Assembly (NCBI GenBank): GCA_024230675.1
Contig: JAAERE010000079.1
Span: forward strand, 1-55,318
Reading direction: 5' to 3'
DNA length: 55,318 nucleotides
DNA from: a bacterium
GTDB taxonomy: Bacteria; Zixibacteria; MSB-5A5; GN15; FEB-12
Shown: one piece after another, positions 27,085 to 36,729 of the stretch
Layout: each line of letters opens with the position of its first letter
Numbering within the stretch: position 1 is the first letter of the stretch
The notes under the pieces: generated by a model
What the model was told of the DNA's origin: nothing
Database searches by the model: none
Seen by the model: the letters and a program-made list of their open reading frames with translations, nothing else
Translations under genes and position numbers: made by a program

Positions 27085-28921
27085 ACTGCTTATCCAGATC
27101 GGTGCGGGTGAGTTTGATAAAGGTCGGGCGACCGTGCGGACAGGAGTACATGTTCTTGCATTTCCTGAGCTGTTCGACCAGACCTACAGCCTCCCGGTCG
27201 GAAAGCCGGTCTCCGGCCATGACCGCCGAGCGGCAGGCCACCGACTGCGCGATCGCCTTGGTAAGATCAAAGCCGGCTTTTCGCAGCGAGGCAATGTCAT
27301 CAACCACGGTGCGAAGCGCCTTTTCAGGTGACTTCCTGGAAAGTATAGAAGGGACAGCTTCAATTCGTACGGTGCAACCGCCGAATGGCTCCGCTCCAAA
27401 ACCGGAATGTATCAGACCCTCGCGGGCCTCCTCGAATACTATCATCTGCTCCGGGCTGAACTCTACCTGTACGGGCAGCAGGAGCTGTTGGGCGGTACCG
27501 CCCTGGTTGTCCATCTTCTTGAGCATTTCTTCGTACAGAACTCGCTCATGGGCGGTGTGTTGATCCACAACAAGCAGTTCGTGACCGGCCTGGAAGAGCA
27601 AATACAGGTCATCAAAACGACCTATCAGCCTGAGGCTGTCAAGTGATGTCGCGCTGCCGGAGGGAGGCTCCGCTGTCGAAGGCTCCGTTTCCATAATCTC
27701 GCCCGTAGCTGTATCCACGCGAACAACCCCGGGGGCAGCCTCGGCCGCGGGGGAAACGCCTTTGTATATTTCGTCCAGAAACTCGGTATTGCCTCCTGCT
27801 CGCTGGGCTATGCCGGGGATCTTGTGCGACGGCCAGTCGCGCGGGGACCTTTCAGAGCCTGTGTCGCTGTGTCCCGGCGTGCGGTCAGGCATACGCAGAG
27901 TGGGCATGAGGCCGTCTTGACGAAGCCCTTCTTTGATGAGTCGATACAGCGTGTCGTGAATCTCCCGATCGCGGGACAGACGGACTTCGGTTTTGGCCGG
28001 GTGAACGTTGACGTCGACTTCTGTAGGATCGATCGTCAGCAGCAGAGCGCCGATGGGGAAATTGCCGCGCGGCAGCAGTTCGCCGTACCCCAGGGCAAAG
28101 GCGTGGGCCAATTGCGAAGATTGAATCGATCGACCGTTGATGAAAATGAACTGGCTGTTGCGGTTTTTCTGGGCCATATCCGGCAGCCCCACGAAACCTT
28201 CGACTCTGATCGGTCCCATCTCACCGGAAACATCGATAAACTTCTTGCCGGGCGCGAGCAGGGCGCTAACCCTCTCCCCCAGTGTCTGCCCCGGCGAGAG
28301 TGAGAACACTTTGCGGCCGTTAAGACTGTACGTGAGCCCGATCCAATAGCGGCCCAGCGCCAGAGCCATGGCAACTCTTGAGACGTGGCGAGCCTCAGTA
28401 CTCTCCGCTTTCAGGAATTTGCGTCGAGCCGGCGTGTTAAAAAAGAGATTGCTGACCTCTAGGGTCGTCCCCGGCGGAGCGGCCACAGGTTGCTTAGAGT
28501 GAAGAACCCCGCCTTCGTACACGATCTCCGTCGCCACCTCGGCGTCGGCGGGGCGCGACACCATGCGAAGCTGCGAGACCGAGGCTATCGAAGGCAGAGC
28601 TTCACCTCGGAAGCCGTACGAGGTGATTCGATCCAGGTCCTCGAACTCAGATATCTTGGAGGTCGCGTGCCGGGAGAAAGCGATTTCGATCTGGTCCTCG
28701 ACAATGCCACAACCGTTGTCGACAATCTTGATCTGTTTGGCGCCGGATTTCTCGATGATGATCTCGATGCGATCAGCCCCGGCGTCGAGAGCGTTCTCGA
28801 CCAGTTCCTTAACGACCGAGGCAGGCCGTTCGACTACCTCGCCGGCGGCAATCTTGTTGACGAGCCGCTCCGGAAGCGGCCGAATCCAGGGGCGCGGCTG
28901 CTTGTTTTTCGACGGCGTCAT
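27071..28921 (-). CDS. mutL: DNA mismatch repair protein MutL
   Basis: 616 aa. LVNKIAAGEVVERPASVVKELVENALDAG, GFRGEALPSIASVS, and C-terminal SCPHGRPT. Confidence 0.96.
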   Translation of the reverse strand: MTPSKNKQPRPWIRPLPERLVNKIAAGEVVERPASVVKELVENALDAGADRIEIIIEKSGAKQIKIVDNGCGIVEDQIEIAFSRHATSKISEFEDLDRITSYGFRGEALPSIASVSQLRMVSRPADAEVATEIVYEGGVLHSKQPVAAPPGTTLEVSNLFFNTPARRKFLKAESTEARHVSRVAMALALGRYWIGLTYSLNGRKVFSLSPGQTLGERVSALLAPGKKFIDVSGEMGPIRVEGFVGLPDMAQKNRNSQFIFINGRSIQSSQLAHAFALGYGELLPRGNFPIGALLLTIDPTEVDVNVHPAKTEVRLSRDREIHDTLYRLIKEGLRQDGLMPTLRMPDRTPGHSDTGSERSPRDWPSHKIPGIAQRAGGNTEFLDEIYKGVSPAAEAAPGVVRVDTATGEIMETEPSTAEPPSGSATSLDSLRLIGRFDDLYLLFQAGHELLVVDQHTAHERVLYEEMLKKMDNQGGTAQQLLLPVQVEFSPEQMIVFEEAREGLIHSGFGAEPFGGCTVRIEAVPSILSRKSPEKALRTVVDDIASLRKAGFDLTKAIAQSVACRSAVMAGDRLSDREAVGLVEQLRKCKNMYSCPHGRPTFIKLTRTDLDKQFGRG

Positions 28922-31524
28922 TTGAGTTCCTCTCGGAGCTTGCGGAGAAAATCAAAGGCTTCCATAGGAGTCATCTTGTCAAGGTCCGCCTCGGAAAGCA
29001 TTTCTTCGACTTTCGAGGGCGCCGCTTCAAACAGGCTGGTCTGGACTTTCTCCTGATAAATCCCCTTTCCCAACTCGCTCTGATTGAACTTGCCCGACTC
29101 CAGCAGGCGGAGAATCTGTTTGGCGCGAGTGATAGTCGGACGCGGAATTCCAGCTAGTCGGGCTACCTCGATTCCATACGAGTCATCACATCCGCCCGGG
29201 ATAATCTTGTGCAGAAAAATGACCTTGTCTTCCCATTTCTTGACGGCCACCTGGAAATTGCGAACACGGTCGTACATGGCGGCCATGCCGGTCAATTCAT
29301 GATAATGGGTTGCGAAGACTGTCCGCGCCAGGCAGACTTCGTTGATCCTCTCCACGACCGACCAGGCCACGGAGAGACCGTCGAAAGTAGAGGTACCTCG
29401 ACCGACTTCGTCAAGTAGCACCAGCGAGCGTTCCGTGGCGTTATTGAGGATGTTGGCCGTCTCGACCATTTCAACCAGGAAGGTTGAGCGTCCTCCGGCA
29501 AGATCGTCCATCGCCCCAACCCGCGTGAATACTCTGTCAACCAAACCTATCTCTGCTTTGGCCGCCGGGACGTAGGAGCCGATCTGGGCCATGATAACTA
29601 TCAGACCTATCTGGCGAAGGTAAGTCGATTTGCCGGACATGTTGGGGCCGGTCAGAATCGCGATCTGATCTTCGTTGGAAGACAACGTCGTGTCGTTAGC
29701 CACAAACGAACCCGAGGGCAGCACGGCCTCGACAACAGGATGGCGGCCTTCGACAATGTTCAGCCGAGTGTCCTCAAAGACTTCCGGGCGACAGTAGCCC
29801 ATCTCGACGGCCAGTTCGGCCAGTGCTGACACTAGATCTGTTTCGGCCAGAAGCTCGGCCGTAATCAGCAAGTCTCCGATGTGTTCGTTGAGGAAGATGA
29901 GCAACTCTGAGTACAGCTCCAGTTCAAGCGCGATGATTTTCTCTTCCGCCGCGAAAATGAGCTGCTCTTTCTCCTTCAGTTCCGGTGTGATGTACCGCTC
30001 GGCGTTGACCAGAGTCTGTTTGCGAATGTAATCTTCGGGAACGAGGTTTACATTAGCGTGGGTGACCGAAATGTAATATCCAAAAACCTTGTTGAAGCCG
30101 ACCTTAAGGCTGGTTATGCCGGTACGCTCCCGCTCGGTTTCCTGTAGAGACGAGATGTACTCCCGCGCAGACTTGATGGAATCGTTGAGTTCGTCGAGGC
30201 GAACAGAGAAACCGCGCCTGAATATCCTCCCTTTGCTGGTGACCAGCGGGGGCTCTTCGGTTAGCGCGCAGTCAATCTTTTCGATGAGGCCGCTGCAATC
30301 CGGCAGCGTGTCACCTATCTGCATCAGATGCGGGCTGTGAGCCCCGGCCAGTAGTTTTTTCAGCTTGAGAGCCGTAGATGACGCTGAGCTTATCCCGGCC
30401 ATCTGTCTCGGATTGAGCTTGCCGATTCCCAGCCGCCCGGCGAGACGTTCCAGGTCCGGAAGCTTTTCCGTCTCCCCTCTGACTTCAAACGTCAGGTCTC
30501 TGTTTTTCACCAGCTCCGCCACACCGGCCAGGCGGGTCTCTATTTTGGAGCGTGACTTGAACGGCTGCAGGAGCGCCCGCCGCAGCCTTCGTGATCCGGC
30601 CGCGGTCTGACAGCGATTTATCACGCCGAACAGCGTGTTTTCTTCGCCGCCGCCGGAGATATTCCTAACCAGTTCGAGATTGCGCACCGTGCTGTAGTTG
30701 AGTGACATGATCTCGGCGTCGTCCAGCCGGGTCAGTCGGTTGATATGGCTGAGCTGCTCGCGATGATTGTCGCGAAGGTACCGGAAAATCGCTCCGGCCG
30801 CGGTCTCGGCCAACCGGACCTCAGAGACTCCAAACCCCTCTAACGTGCTGGTACCGAAATGTTGATTCAACTCGCGCCGGGCTGTCTTAAGATCAAAGTT
30901 CCAGTCTTCGTAGGCGGTCAGTTCCGCGCCCGTGAGTCCATTCTCAAAAAGAGAAGGGAGTTTTTCTTTCGTCGATTCCGTCGGATGTATTATCTCCAGA
31001 GGCTCGAGGACGCGCAGCCGTTCCAGCATCTGCTCAGACGGGCCCTGATCGACCAAAAAAGAGCCCGTGGCGATATCCAGCACGGCCAGGCCTACCGTCC
31101 GGCCATCGGATGTATACACCGCCGCCAGAGGACCGGAGCGCTGGTCGAGGTCCGGGCTTTCGACGGTCGAGGTGCCGGGCGTCAGAATCTCGACTACTTC
31201 CCGCTTCACCAGCCCCTTGGCTGTTTTGGGGTCCTCCACTTGTTCCACAACCACGACCTTGATGCCTTTGGCGAGGAGCCGGGCCAAATAACGATCGGCC
31301 GAGTGATGCGGCACCCCGGCCAGCGGAATGCGCTCGCCGTTACCGTGAGCACGCGAAGTGAGGGTTATGTTCAGCACCGGCGCCGCCTTGACAGCGTCCT
31401 CGCCAAACATCTCAAAAAAATCCCCCATGCGGAAAAAGAGTATTTTATCCGGATGCTGTTCTTTGATAGCGTGAAATTGCCGCATCAGCGGTGTGAAAGC
31501 GGAGGCGTCGGACTTCTTGCTCAT
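28918..31524 (-). CDS. mutS: DNA mismatch repair protein MutS
   Basis: 868 aa. TPLMRQFHAIKEQHPD...FRMGDFFEMF, Walker A GPNMSGKSTYLRQ, DEVGRGTSTFDG. 4-nt overlaps with both neighbouring genes. Confidence 0.97.
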   Translation of the reverse strand: MSKKSDASAFTPLMRQFHAIKEQHPDKILFFRMGDFFEMFGEDAVKAAPVLNITLTSRAHGNGERIPLAGVPHHSADRYLARLLAKGIKVVVVEQVEDPKTAKGLVKREVVEILTPGTSTVESPDLDQRSGPLAAVYTSDGRTVGLAVLDIATGSFLVDQGPSEQMLERLRVLEPLEIIHPTESTKEKLPSLFENGLTGAELTAYEDWNFDLKTARRELNQHFGTSTLEGFGVSEVRLAETAAGAIFRYLRDNHREQLSHINRLTRLDDAEIMSLNYSTVRNLELVRNISGGGEENTLFGVINRCQTAAGSRRLRRALLQPFKSRSKIETRLAGVAELVKNRDLTFEVRGETEKLPDLERLAGRLGIGKLNPRQMAGISSASSTALKLKKLLAGAHSPHLMQIGDTLPDCSGLIEKIDCALTEEPPLVTSKGRIFRRGFSVRLDELNDSIKSAREYISSLQETERERTGITSLKVGFNKVFGYYISVTHANVNLVPEDYIRKQTLVNAERYITPELKEKEQLIFAAEEKIIALELELYSELLIFLNEHIGDLLITAELLAETDLVSALAELAVEMGYCRPEVFEDTRLNIVEGRHPVVEAVLPSGSFVANDTTLSSNEDQIAILTGPNMSGKSTYLRQIGLIVIMAQIGSYVPAAKAEIGLVDRVFTRVGAMDDLAGGRSTFLVEMVETANILNNATERSLVLLDEVGRGTSTFDGLSVAWSVVERINEVCLARTVFATHYHELTGMAAMYDRVRNFQVAVKKWEDKVIFLHKIIPGGCDDSYGIEVARLAGIPRPTITRAKQILRLLESGKFNQSELGKGIYQEKVQTSLFEAAPSKVEEMLSEADLDKMTPMEAFDFLRKLREELK

Positions 31525-32519
31525 CGAGCGACAACCTGGAAGGGTTCGTTATGGGCCGCTTCCAGCTGCGACTGCACGGCCAGGGCCTTTTGGTAATTCT
31601 GAAAGCGCCCGACATAAACGACGTGGTACTTCTTGCCGGAGATCGTCTTGGACTGAATGTCAATCTTGTGACCATAGTCCTTGAACAGGTCGCGCTGACG
31701 TTTGGCGTTCCCTTTCTCTGAGAACACTCCGATCTTGACTGAGTAGAAGGTGCCGGTGAGCTTCTCGGCCTCGTTGCTCGCCCCTGTCTCCGAAGACATG
31801 CCACCCAGGCGTTCCACCAGGTCATCCAGACCGATCGCTGCCGGATATCCTTCGCGGAAAATGCTGTAATAGAACACGGCGTCATCGGTCCTGTTTCTTC
31901 GGGCAGCGTCGGTGCCGAGCAGATATAGCGCCAGGGGGATCGTCCCGCCCGACTTTGCTCGTGAAAGTTGCCGAAGCGTCCTGAGTGAGCCGATATTCTT
32001 CTTGTTTGCAGCCAGCACGCGAGCCTTGTCTATCTGTCCCCATTGCTCGAACGGACTCGACTTGTAGGTGATCAGATACCGGTCGCACTGTTTGAGAGCG
32101 GCCTCGAAATCTTTCGCCATCTCATCCAGAAGTACCGATAGTCGCATCATCTCCGACTCATACTTGCCTTGCGGCCAGCGCGACTGGTAATCGGTGAGGA
32201 GCCGCGCAAGATTGGCGCGGTCACCGGCAATCAGGTAGTATTGCGCCAGGCGATAGTGTATTTCTTCCTGAAACCGCGCCGACACCGATGTATTCAGGGC
32301 GGCCTCCATCAATCGGGAGGCCTGAGCGGCGTTGCTTTCCAGGAGGCTCTGACAAAAGAGATAGTCGCCGTCCCGGGAGGCGGCTGTAGCTCGGAGAGAC
32401 AGAGAATCGCGGGCTTCCTGCAGCTTGCCATCCCGGATCAGGCCGTATATGTCGGCGGCAGCTGACCCGACGGGGGCCATCAGAACAGTCAGACTGACTA
32501 TGACAATGAGACGAATCAT
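31521..32519 (-). CDS. SPOR-domain protein with helical/TPR-like N-terminal region
   Basis: Start at the ATG at 32519 gives the signal or anchor sequence MIRLIVIVSLTVLMAPVGSAAA and removes the overlap with the upstream gene. C-terminal SPOR domain FYSVKIGVFSEKGNAKRQRDLF...YHVVYVGRFQNYQKALAVQSQL. Confidence 0.75.
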   Translation of the reverse strand: MIRLIVIVSLTVLMAPVGSAAADIYGLIRDGKLQEARDSLSLRATAASRDGDYLFCQSLLESNAAQASRLMEAALNTSVSARFQEEIHYRLAQYYLIAGDRANLARLLTDYQSRWPQGKYESEMMRLSVLLDEMAKDFEAALKQCDRYLITYKSSPFEQWGQIDKARVLAANKKNIGSLRTLRQLSRAKSGGTIPLALYLLGTDAARRNRTDDAVFYYSIFREGYPAAIGLDDLVERLGGMSSETGASNEAEKLTGTFYSVKIGVFSEKGNAKRQRDLFKDYGHKIDIQSKTISGKKYHVVYVGRFQNYQKALAVQSQLEAAHNEPFQVVAR

Positions 32520-32550
32520 CGGCGGTAGATCGCGCCCGGGCCGAGCTGGC

Positions 32551-33651
32551 TCAGGCTGTTGGGTTTGCCGGGTCCGACGAGATCGGCTTGCCCGGCTGTT
32601 TTCTTCTCTTGTCCTCGCGTCGATGCTCGATAGTCCGCAGTAATTGAGCAATCTTCTTCTGGTCCCCCTTCTCCAGGTAAACTCGGATCAATTCCAGCAC
32701 CGCTTCCATGTTCTCGGGATAATCCTCAATCACCCGGCTCCAGAGATCAATCGCCTGGTCAAGATCCCCCTTCTTCTCGTAAAACTCGGCCAGCGCCTGG
32801 CGCGCCTCCAGGTTTTTAGGGGAATGTTCCAGAATAGCTTCGCAGACGCCCTGAATGTCGCCGTACCTGCCGAGATCAAAAAACGTCTTCTTGAGGCGGT
32901 CGATAACCAGGTGCCCCTGATCCGGGACCGAAGATATCAACTTGCCCCAGAATGTGACGGCGTCCTCGGAGCGATCTTCCTCGCAGTACGAGTCACCGAT
33001 CGCCAGATAAGCAGCCGTGTAGGTCGGATCGAGACCGATCGCCTCCTTTAAGAGAATTCGCGCCTTATGGTATTCGCGCTTGCGGAACAGCTGTTCGCCC
33101 GCCAGATACTTGAACCGGGCCAGTGGTTTTTTGGACTTGTTGGCCTCCAGATGCAGTATGTGTACCGCCGTCTCGTAGGCAGCGTTCCACAACTGAGCCT
33201 TTTCCTGAAGAGCCAGCAATTGCGTATGAGCCCAGTGGTCATCGGGGTTCATCGAGATCAATTCATTCAGGGCCGCATCGGCCATCTTTATATCCTCGAG
33301 CGCCAGATAATCCGAGGCCAGCTGCCGCAGGATCGAAACCCGGTCGGAGCGGGTCAGACCCGGTCTTAGCGTAAGATCGCGATGCACCTGCACGGCGCGC
33401 TCCGGGCGATTGTTATCTCGAAGAATCAGGCCGAGCCGAATGTAGGCGTCGAGGTTAGTGGAATCCTCGGCCACCACCTGTCGAAGTTTGGTGAAGGCCG
33501 ATTCCTGCCGACCGTCGAGCAGCTCTCGGAGAGCATCAACGTAGAGCGACGAGTCCGGCTTGCTGCTTCGGCGAAAGAGACGTTCGTATCCGATGTAAAA
33601 GACCGCTGCCACGAGAAGCAGAAACAGGAAAACCAGGAAGTATTCGGTCAT
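32551..33651 (-). CDS. LapB (YciM)-like TM + TPR protein lacking the C-terminal rubredoxin-type zinc finger
   Basis: 366 aa. N-terminal TM FLVFLFLLLVAAVFYIGY followed by TPRs with the LapB-like pattern (AYIRLGLILRDNNRPERAVQVHRDL...RVSILRQLASDYLALED). There are only two isolated Cys residues and no CxxC pairs. Preceded by a LapA-like gene with a 4-nt overlap. Confidence 0.65.
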   Translation of the reverse strand: MTEYFLVFLFLLLVAAVFYIGYERLFRRSSKPDSSLYVDALRELLDGRQESAFTKLRQVVAEDSTNLDAYIRLGLILRDNNRPERAVQVHRDLTLRPGLTRSDRVSILRQLASDYLALEDIKMADAALNELISMNPDDHWAHTQLLALQEKAQLWNAAYETAVHILHLEANKSKKPLARFKYLAGEQLFRKREYHKARILLKEAIGLDPTYTAAYLAIGDSYCEEDRSEDAVTFWGKLISSVPDQGHLVIDRLKKTFFDLGRYGDIQGVCEAILEHSPKNLEARQALAEFYEKKGDLDQAIDLWSRVIEDYPENMEAVLELIRVYLEKGDQKKIAQLLRTIEHRREDKRRKQPGKPISSDPANPTA

Positions 33652-34025
33652 GACGATTGTCCCCCCGAGAACGGGGATTCAAGTTCGTCCTGCTTGCGAT
33701 CGGCTCCCTTGAGCAGTTCCACCGATTCTTCGATCGGTCGGTTGCGCAGGATTGACACTTCTCCCTCAAGAGCCTTGATGCGTTTTCGCGAGGAATGAAC
33801 CAAGACCGACTGCTTGATGTACATGGAAACGAACAACAGCATCGACAGTACGGCCCCGACCACGAACGACCAGAAAACAACGGTTACCAGGGGAACATCG
33901 ACATAGTTCGGCAGCACCGGCTCAAGTTTGACATCGACCGTCTGGTCGGCTCCAAAGTTGTTATAGGCGAAGGCAACTACCAGCAGAATAAGCAGCAGCA
34001 CCAGAACAGCCCGTACAACCCACAT
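33648..34025 (-). CDS. LapA-like (DUF1049) inner-membrane protein
   Basis: 125 aa. Two TM helices (VLVLLLILLVVAFAY; VFWSFVVGAVLSMLLFV), then a coiled-coil tail SRKRIKALEGEVSILRN. Confidence 0.65.
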   Translation of the reverse strand: MWVVRAVLVLLLILLVVAFAYNNFGADQTVDVKLEPVLPNYVDVPLVTVVFWSFVVGAVLSMLLFVSMYIKQSVLVHSSRKRIKALEGEVSILRNRPIEESVELLKGADRKQDELESPFSGGQSS

Positions 34026-34065
34026 ACGACCTCCGTCAGTTTGGCGTTTTCAACCAGAGCCACAT

Positions 34066-34094
34066 ATTATATTGTCGCACGCTCGCCGGGGCAA
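34066..34094 (-). promoter_or_regulatory. Sigma-70-like promoter candidate for the lapA-lapB-SPOR-mutS-mutL-miaA string
   Basis: Minus strand reads TTGCCC (34094-34089), a 17-nt spacer, then TATAAT (34071-34066). Confidence 0.5.
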
Positions 34095-34095
34095 C

Positions 34096-34122
34096 AAAAA
34101 ACGCGGTGCCGACGGCGCCGGA
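34096..34122 (-). terminator. Possible rho-independent terminator after the 228-aa secreted protein gene
   Basis: An imperfect GC stem (CGC-C-GU / AC-C-GCG with loop CGGC) followed by UUUUUUGUUG on the minus strand. Confidence 0.4.
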
Positions 34123-34809
34123 TCAGCCGTCGCCCGAGGTTTCACCCCAATTGAGGCTCCGGACGGTCATTTCCACCTCGGCCAGAACCGTGGCTACGTA
34201 CGGCCATTCGCACATGACGTGGAACAGGTAGATATGGTCGCCGTGTTTGACCGCGCCGATAGCACCGCCATAGGAGCTGCGAACCAGCTTACCTCCCACG
34301 GACGAGGCGGAGGTGGACACGATCTGCCGGTACTTGACCTGCCCCTTCCACATAACTCCCGATTCACCCGCGATCTCCAGCCGGGACCTTCCCTTGGGGA
34401 CAACTTCGCCATCGTAAATGTCCGACGGCTGCAAAATCTCGAACTCTTTGACGATTTCCTTCTTCTGATTCGACTTGAAGCTTTCCGACGTCAGAGAGTC
34501 CAGAAATGCGTGCGCGCCCAGGCTGGTCGTATCCACGTAAACGACGATGCGCGGAATTTTAGTGTAGTCCGGAGCGTTCACGAAATCGGAAGGAATTCCG
34601 TAGTTCTTCTTCGTGATCGTCAGGCGAACATTGTCGTCCTTCTTATTGACGCGCGCCTTCCAATTTTCATGAATCGAGAGCGCAAAGCCGTAGCTGGCGT
34701 CGGTATAGACGCCGTCTTTCACTGCTCCGGCCTTGGGTTTCTTGCGCCGGGCGTCCGCCATCGGGGCGAGCATAAGACCGGCCAGAATAGTAATAACGAG
34801 TTTCTTCAT
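34123..34809 (-). CDS. Secreted protein of unknown function
   Basis: Start at the ATG at 34809, preceded by AGGAGG, gives MKKLVITILAGLMLAPMADA. I recognise no motifs. The track start at 34908 adds 33 non-signal residues. Confidence 0.6.
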   Translation of the reverse strand: MKKLVITILAGLMLAPMADARRKKPKAGAVKDGVYTDASYGFALSIHENWKARVNKKDDNVRLTITKKNYGIPSDFVNAPDYTKIPRIVVYVDTTSLGAHAFLDSLTSESFKSNQKKEIVKEFEILQPSDIYDGEVVPKGRSRLEIAGESGVMWKGQVKYRQIVSTSASSVGGKLVRSSYGGAIGAVKHGDHIYLFHVMCEWPYVATVLAEVEMTVRSLNWGETSGDG

Positions 34810-35024
34810 CACCATTTCCTCCTGCAGCAATACCCGTAAGTATCTACAACGATTAAGCCTTGTCCGGGCAATAGTCAAGGATTTAATGGACGAATCCGTC
34901 CGATGCACTTACTCATTGATACACAAGAGCTTTGGAACCGTTCCTGTAATCTCGGCGGCAGCGACAGAGACCTCCGCCGTAGGCCGTAATGTTATGTCGG
35001 CGAAAGAATTACGAAAGGCCCAAT

Positions 35025-35894
35025 TTACCCCTCAAAACCGATACGGTTGCGCGCCGAAGAGCGAATGTGATCCATCAAGGTGGAGAAGTGGAAGTCACCC
35101 AGCAGACGGTTCAGCTTGATTTCCAGCGTATCGGTTGACCCGTAGGTTCTGAATCGCTGTAGCATCGTCAGGCCGGTTATCGGAGGTGGCTGGGGATCGA
35201 TTTCCCACGGGTGGACGTAAACCATAGCCGGCCGGCCCTGGTCGTTCAGTTTGCGGATCATCCGGCGGGAATACCAGTACGGTGAGTGCCTAAGATATCC
35301 GCCGCCGCCCAGGGGAAGGTTCTGACCGAAAAGGCGGTGGGTTGAGGCCGGGACTTCATAGAGATACTTACCGCTCTCCAACCTCATTTTGAACAGTTCA
35401 CGAGGACCATCGGGCATGCCGTAAATGTCATGTTTGATGGGAAAGATAGAACTGTCGTACTCGAAGCCAAACTCCCCCAGGATTTCGAAGGCCCAGGTAA
35501 CGTCCTCGTTGATGGACCAACTGGGAGCCCGGTAGCCAAGCGGCCGAAAACCGGAAGTGTTCACTATAGCTTCAAGGGCCCGTTCGGTGTCCTCCCGAAA
35601 AACCTCCGGTTCGAGCTGGTCTACCCGGCGATGTCGATAACTGTGGCAGCCGATCTCGTGGCCGTGGTCGGCGATGCGGCGCATCAGGTCCGGGTGGCGC
35701 TCAGCACACCAGCCGACGATAAACCAGGTAGCCTGAACATCGTGGCGGCGAAACAGAGCCAGCAGGCGTTCGCAGTTTCGTTCCAGGGTAGTGGGCAGGC
35801 CGGGCCAGTCTTCGAATCTGATCCTGTCGGCCAGACTCTCGACCACAAACCATTCTTCGAGATCAACGGTGAGTACGTTCGATTGGCGTTTCAT
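35025..35894 (-). CDS. Polysaccharide deacetylase family protein with DUF3473-type C-terminus (PEP-CTERM/XrtA-locus subfamily-like)
   Basis: 289 aa. LTVDLEEWF, ATWFIVGWCAERHPDLMRRIADHGHEIGCHSYRH, YRAPSWS, GGGGYLRHSPY. Confidence 0.8.
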   Translation of the reverse strand: MKRQSNVLTVDLEEWFVVESLADRIRFEDWPGLPTTLERNCERLLALFRRHDVQATWFIVGWCAERHPDLMRRIADHGHEIGCHSYRHRRVDQLEPEVFREDTERALEAIVNTSGFRPLGYRAPSWSINEDVTWAFEILGEFGFEYDSSIFPIKHDIYGMPDGPRELFKMRLESGKYLYEVPASTHRLFGQNLPLGGGGYLRHSPYWYSRRMIRKLNDQGRPAMVYVHPWEIDPQPPPITGLTMLQRFRTYGSTDTLEIKLNRLLGDFHFSTLMDHIRSSARNRIGFEG

Positions 35895-35911
35895 GGTTCA
35901 GGGAGGGGTGG

Positions 35912-36718
35912 TTATTTGGGGATTCGGTTCTTCCGGGGTGAATCGGTCTCTTTTTCCGATTGGTCGGTCTTGGAAGCCCGCACGGCGCCGGGGTTGTTTC
36001 GATTGTCAATCGGTTTGCCGCTGTCGTGGCGCTGACTGTAATCGTAGTTGTAGTGGCTGTAGTCGTAGTAGTAAGGCAGGCTTCCCTTGACGTTGTTCAG
36101 CACCACACCAAGGAGGTTGATCTGGCTGGAAGACAGAATATCAGCGGCTCGCTGGGCCACTTCGCGCGCCGTCGATCCGGCCTTCACGATCAGAACCGCG
36201 CCGTCCATCTCCTGAGCCAGCAACATGGGATCCGAGACGGGAATGACCGGCGGAGTATCAACGAACACGAAATCATAATAGAATTTCAGTTCGTGGACCA
36301 GCCCCCCGATTATCCTTGAGTCGAACAGTTCCGTAGGGTGCGCCACGGCCTTGCCGGCGGTAATAATATCAAGATTGTCGAGCGAGGTTTTTTTGACGAC
36401 GCTTTTGACCTCATCGCCGTTATGTAGCACCTCGGACATTCCCTTGCCTCGCTCGCAGGCGAACAGTCGATGTACCGAGGGCCGTCTCAGATCACAGTCT
36501 ATCAACAGCGTCTTATGACCCTTGTAAGCAGCTGTGATGCTCATTAGCGAGGCCACGGTCGACTTGCCCTCGGAAGTAATGGCCGAAGTAAAGAGGATCG
36601 ATTTGAGGTCCGCCTCCTTCCCCTTTCTCTGAAACGTGTGCAGGAGGCGGCGAAACTCCGTGGCTACCGGAGACTCGAGCGAGTAATAGTCAATGAGCGG
36701 CATCGATGGACGAGCCAT
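35912..36718 (-). CDS. Stand-alone bacterial tyrosine (BY) kinase catalytic domain (CpsD/CapB / EpsG-like)
   Basis: 268 aa. Walker A SAITSEGKSTVA, A' LLIDCDLRRP, Walker B FVFVDTPPV, and a C-terminal Tyr cluster LPYYYDYSHYNYDYS. There is no transmembrane segment. Confidence 0.85.
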   Translation of the reverse strand: MARPSMPLIDYYSLESPVATEFRRLLHTFQRKGKEADLKSILFTSAITSEGKSTVASLMSITAAYKGHKTLLIDCDLRRPSVHRLFACERGKGMSEVLHNGDEVKSVVKKTSLDNLDIITAGKAVAHPTELFDSRIIGGLVHELKFYYDFVFVDTPPVIPVSDPMLLAQEMDGAVLIVKAGSTAREVAQRAADILSSSQINLLGVVLNNVKGSLPYYYDYSHYNYDYSQRHDSGKPIDNRNNPGAVRASKTDQSEKETDSPRKNRIPK

Positions 36719-36729
36719 ATGGAATTGTC

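Noticed and set aside
34810-35024. A 215-bp spacer with a GGACGAATCCGTCC hairpin, checked as a possible tRNA T-arm or small RNA.
   Set aside because: The loop is too short for a T-loop, there is no acceptor or anticodon arm, and no cloverleaf can be drawn. It is more likely just a 3'UTR/promoter spacer.
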